Shown here in pieces: positions 34,725 through 36,356 of a DNA stretch of 36,356 nt. This stretch comes from Octopus bimaculoides. Its lineage: Eukaryota. A program made the position numbers and the translations under genes. The stretch lies in assembly GCF_001194135.2 (NCBI RefSeq), contig NC_068982.1:94034668-94071023 (forward strand), given 5' to 3'. The notes below the pieces were generated by a model. It had not been told where the DNA came from. It saw nothing but the letters and a program-made list of their open reading frames with translations, and ran no database searches. The stretch's first letter is position 1. Each line of letters begins with the position of its first letter.

Positions 34725-35974
34725 GTAGACCTTCGACCCGACTCCCAACTTGACATCTCTACACTTCTTCGTCAGGTCGAACTTGTTCTCTCCTTCAATT
34801 GGTTCTCGTTCGCGGGGGATTTTTACCAACACTCTCGGGAGTGGCCATGGGAACAAGAATGGGCCCTAACTATGAGAACCTATTCGTTGGCTACATTGAG
34901 GCAATTCTTACGATTCACTGGTTCCACTCCCGAACTATACGGACGTTATATTGATGACTGTGTCAGTGCGATCTCACTCTCCCGCGAAAAACTAGACTCA
35001 TTCTTCTCTTTTGTCCAATCCTTCCATCCTGCCCTCGAATTCTCCAGCATTATTTCCAAACTTTTGTCGCATTTCTCGACATTTCGGTCAACATACACCA
35101 CTCCGCTCTCACTACCTTCATCCACTACGAACACATCAACTCACACTTATACCTTAACTTCTCCTACCACCCTACACACCAAATACTCCATCCCCTACTC
35201 CTAATTCCTCCATCTGCGCAGGTTCTGCAGTGACAACTATGACTTTGAGACTAAGTCTCAACTCATGGCTCGCCACTTCATCCTTCGTAGATATCCCCTC
35301 ACCACTATCCGCACAACCCTTGCTCGAAGACGTTCCGTGGAACATGCCTCTGCTCTCTCTCCCTGCATCCACCCCGTTATTGCCCGTCTCCCGTTTCCTT
35401 CACCTACCACCCCTCCACCCTGCACCTCCAACGCACTATTCTCCGAGCCTTCAGGCAACTCCAGTCCGACCCCTCCACCGTGCACATCTTCCCCAACCTA
35501 CTCCAACCTACTCCAACCTACCCCTTCCCTCTTTCAAATGAGCTCACAACTTGCATGATTGTTGTTTTTGCACAGAAGCCATCTGGACTCCTGCCTTCGC
35601 CGTGAACATGAATTAATCTTCTCTCTTCGCTCTTTTGTACCACATGAGCTCAACGTCCCTCCCATTTTCATCTAACTCCTCTCCTCTCCTCTCTTCATCT
35701 GACATCTACTTTCTCTCTTCATTGCTATGCACCTCTCCTCTCTTGCTCTGACACCTACTTCCTCTCTTCACTCCTACCCACCTTCTCTCTTCATTGATAC
35801 CCCTCCACCCACACCTCCACCTTACACTCACCCCACGCCCAGTCATATATTCTTTTCTGTTGAAGAGCGTAGGCTCGAAACGTAAAAGACTTTCTCACTT
35901 TCCAGAGCGTCAAACTAATATACCTGCTTGTTGTTCATACACACATCTTCGTCTTTTGTTTTTCTGTAAATTTC

Positions 35975-35976
<2 letters not shown>
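34725..35976 (+). mobile_element. Penelope-like element, 5'-truncated, GIY-YIG core deleted, 3' pseudo-LTR retained
   Basis: LVLSFNWFSFAGDFYQ/GVAMGTRMGPNYENLFVG, YGRYIDDC, FHPALEF, YSIPYS*FLHLRRFCS, PLTYHP...FRQLQSDPST, HNLHD, then directly SCLRREHELIFSLRSFVPHELN...* (stop at 35673-35675). Confidence 0.9.
35851..35889 (+). ncRNA. Hammerhead-like motif with A6->U core
   Basis: UCUUUU-CUGUUGA-A-GAGC(GUAG)GCUC-GAAA-CG-UA-AAAGA. Confidence 0.55.

Positions 35977-36008
<32 letters not shown>
35977..36008. repeat. (TA)n microsatellite between inverted PLE termini
   Basis: Directly visible. Confidence 0.95.
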
Positions 36009-36013
<5 letters not shown>

Positions 36014-36150
36014 AAATTTACAAAAAACAATAATAAATAAAAGACGGAGACGGCTGTGTAAACAACAAACAGATGTATTAGTTTAACGCTCGGGAAGTGA
36101 ACATGTCTTTTATGTTTCGAGCCTACGCTCTTCGACAGAAAGGAACACAG
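36009..36150 (-). mobile_element. Inverted second copy of the PLE 3' terminus
   Basis: Imperfect reverse complement of about 35850-35976. Confidence 0.8.
36106..36142 (-). ncRNA. Hammerhead-like motif with A6->U core (second copy)
   Basis: CCUUU-CUGUCGA-A-GAGC(GUAG)GCUC-GAAA-CA-UA-AAAGA. Confidence 0.5.
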
Positions 36151-36324
36151 AAATAAACAGGGAGAGAAAATAGCTAGCGATCTATCATGCAGTAAGCAAA
36201 TGTGTACCAACAAGGGGAACTATAATCGTCATCAACTACGACTGAGGGTATAATAAACACCTATATTGCTAGAAATAAGAGCTAAATACTCTAAAGCTGC
36301 AGTCAAAGCACATAATTGTATACA

Positions 36325-36356
<32 letters not shown>

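Overview
Eukaryotic, AT-rich, microsatellite-dense non-coding DNA with six N-gaps. The repeat types resemble a coleoid cephalopod such as Octopus (inference from recalled repeat families, not a search). No host gene can be supported, and most short ORFs in the track are microsatellite, gap or antisense artefacts. The window is a dense collection of decayed transposons: a CR1-type LINE 3' end, four Penelope-like element (PLE) pieces, a Ty3/Gypsy RT relic, two long RTE LINEs plus older RTE/L2-like relics, a Tx1/L1-clade LINE, a mariner fragment, tRNA-derived SINEs and two MITE-like inverted-repeat elements. The most notable signal is a set of minimal type-I hammerhead-ribozyme-like motifs with three different core types. 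(1) A U3:A8 variant (UUGAUAA) lies in a ~360-bp structured monomer arranged as tandem plus inverted copies, flanked by an 11-bp direct repeat in a palindromic target (32432-33266). (2) A canonical CUGAUGA hammerhead sits inside a tRNA-headed SINE (27253-27298). (3) Two A6->U variants (CUGUYGA) lie in inverted PLE termini (35851-36142). (4) A second U3:A8 candidate lies downstream of a PLE GIY-YIG stop (7104-7142). One RTE also ends in three tandem C2H2 fingers. All calls come from manual reading and translation; none was tested by search or folding.
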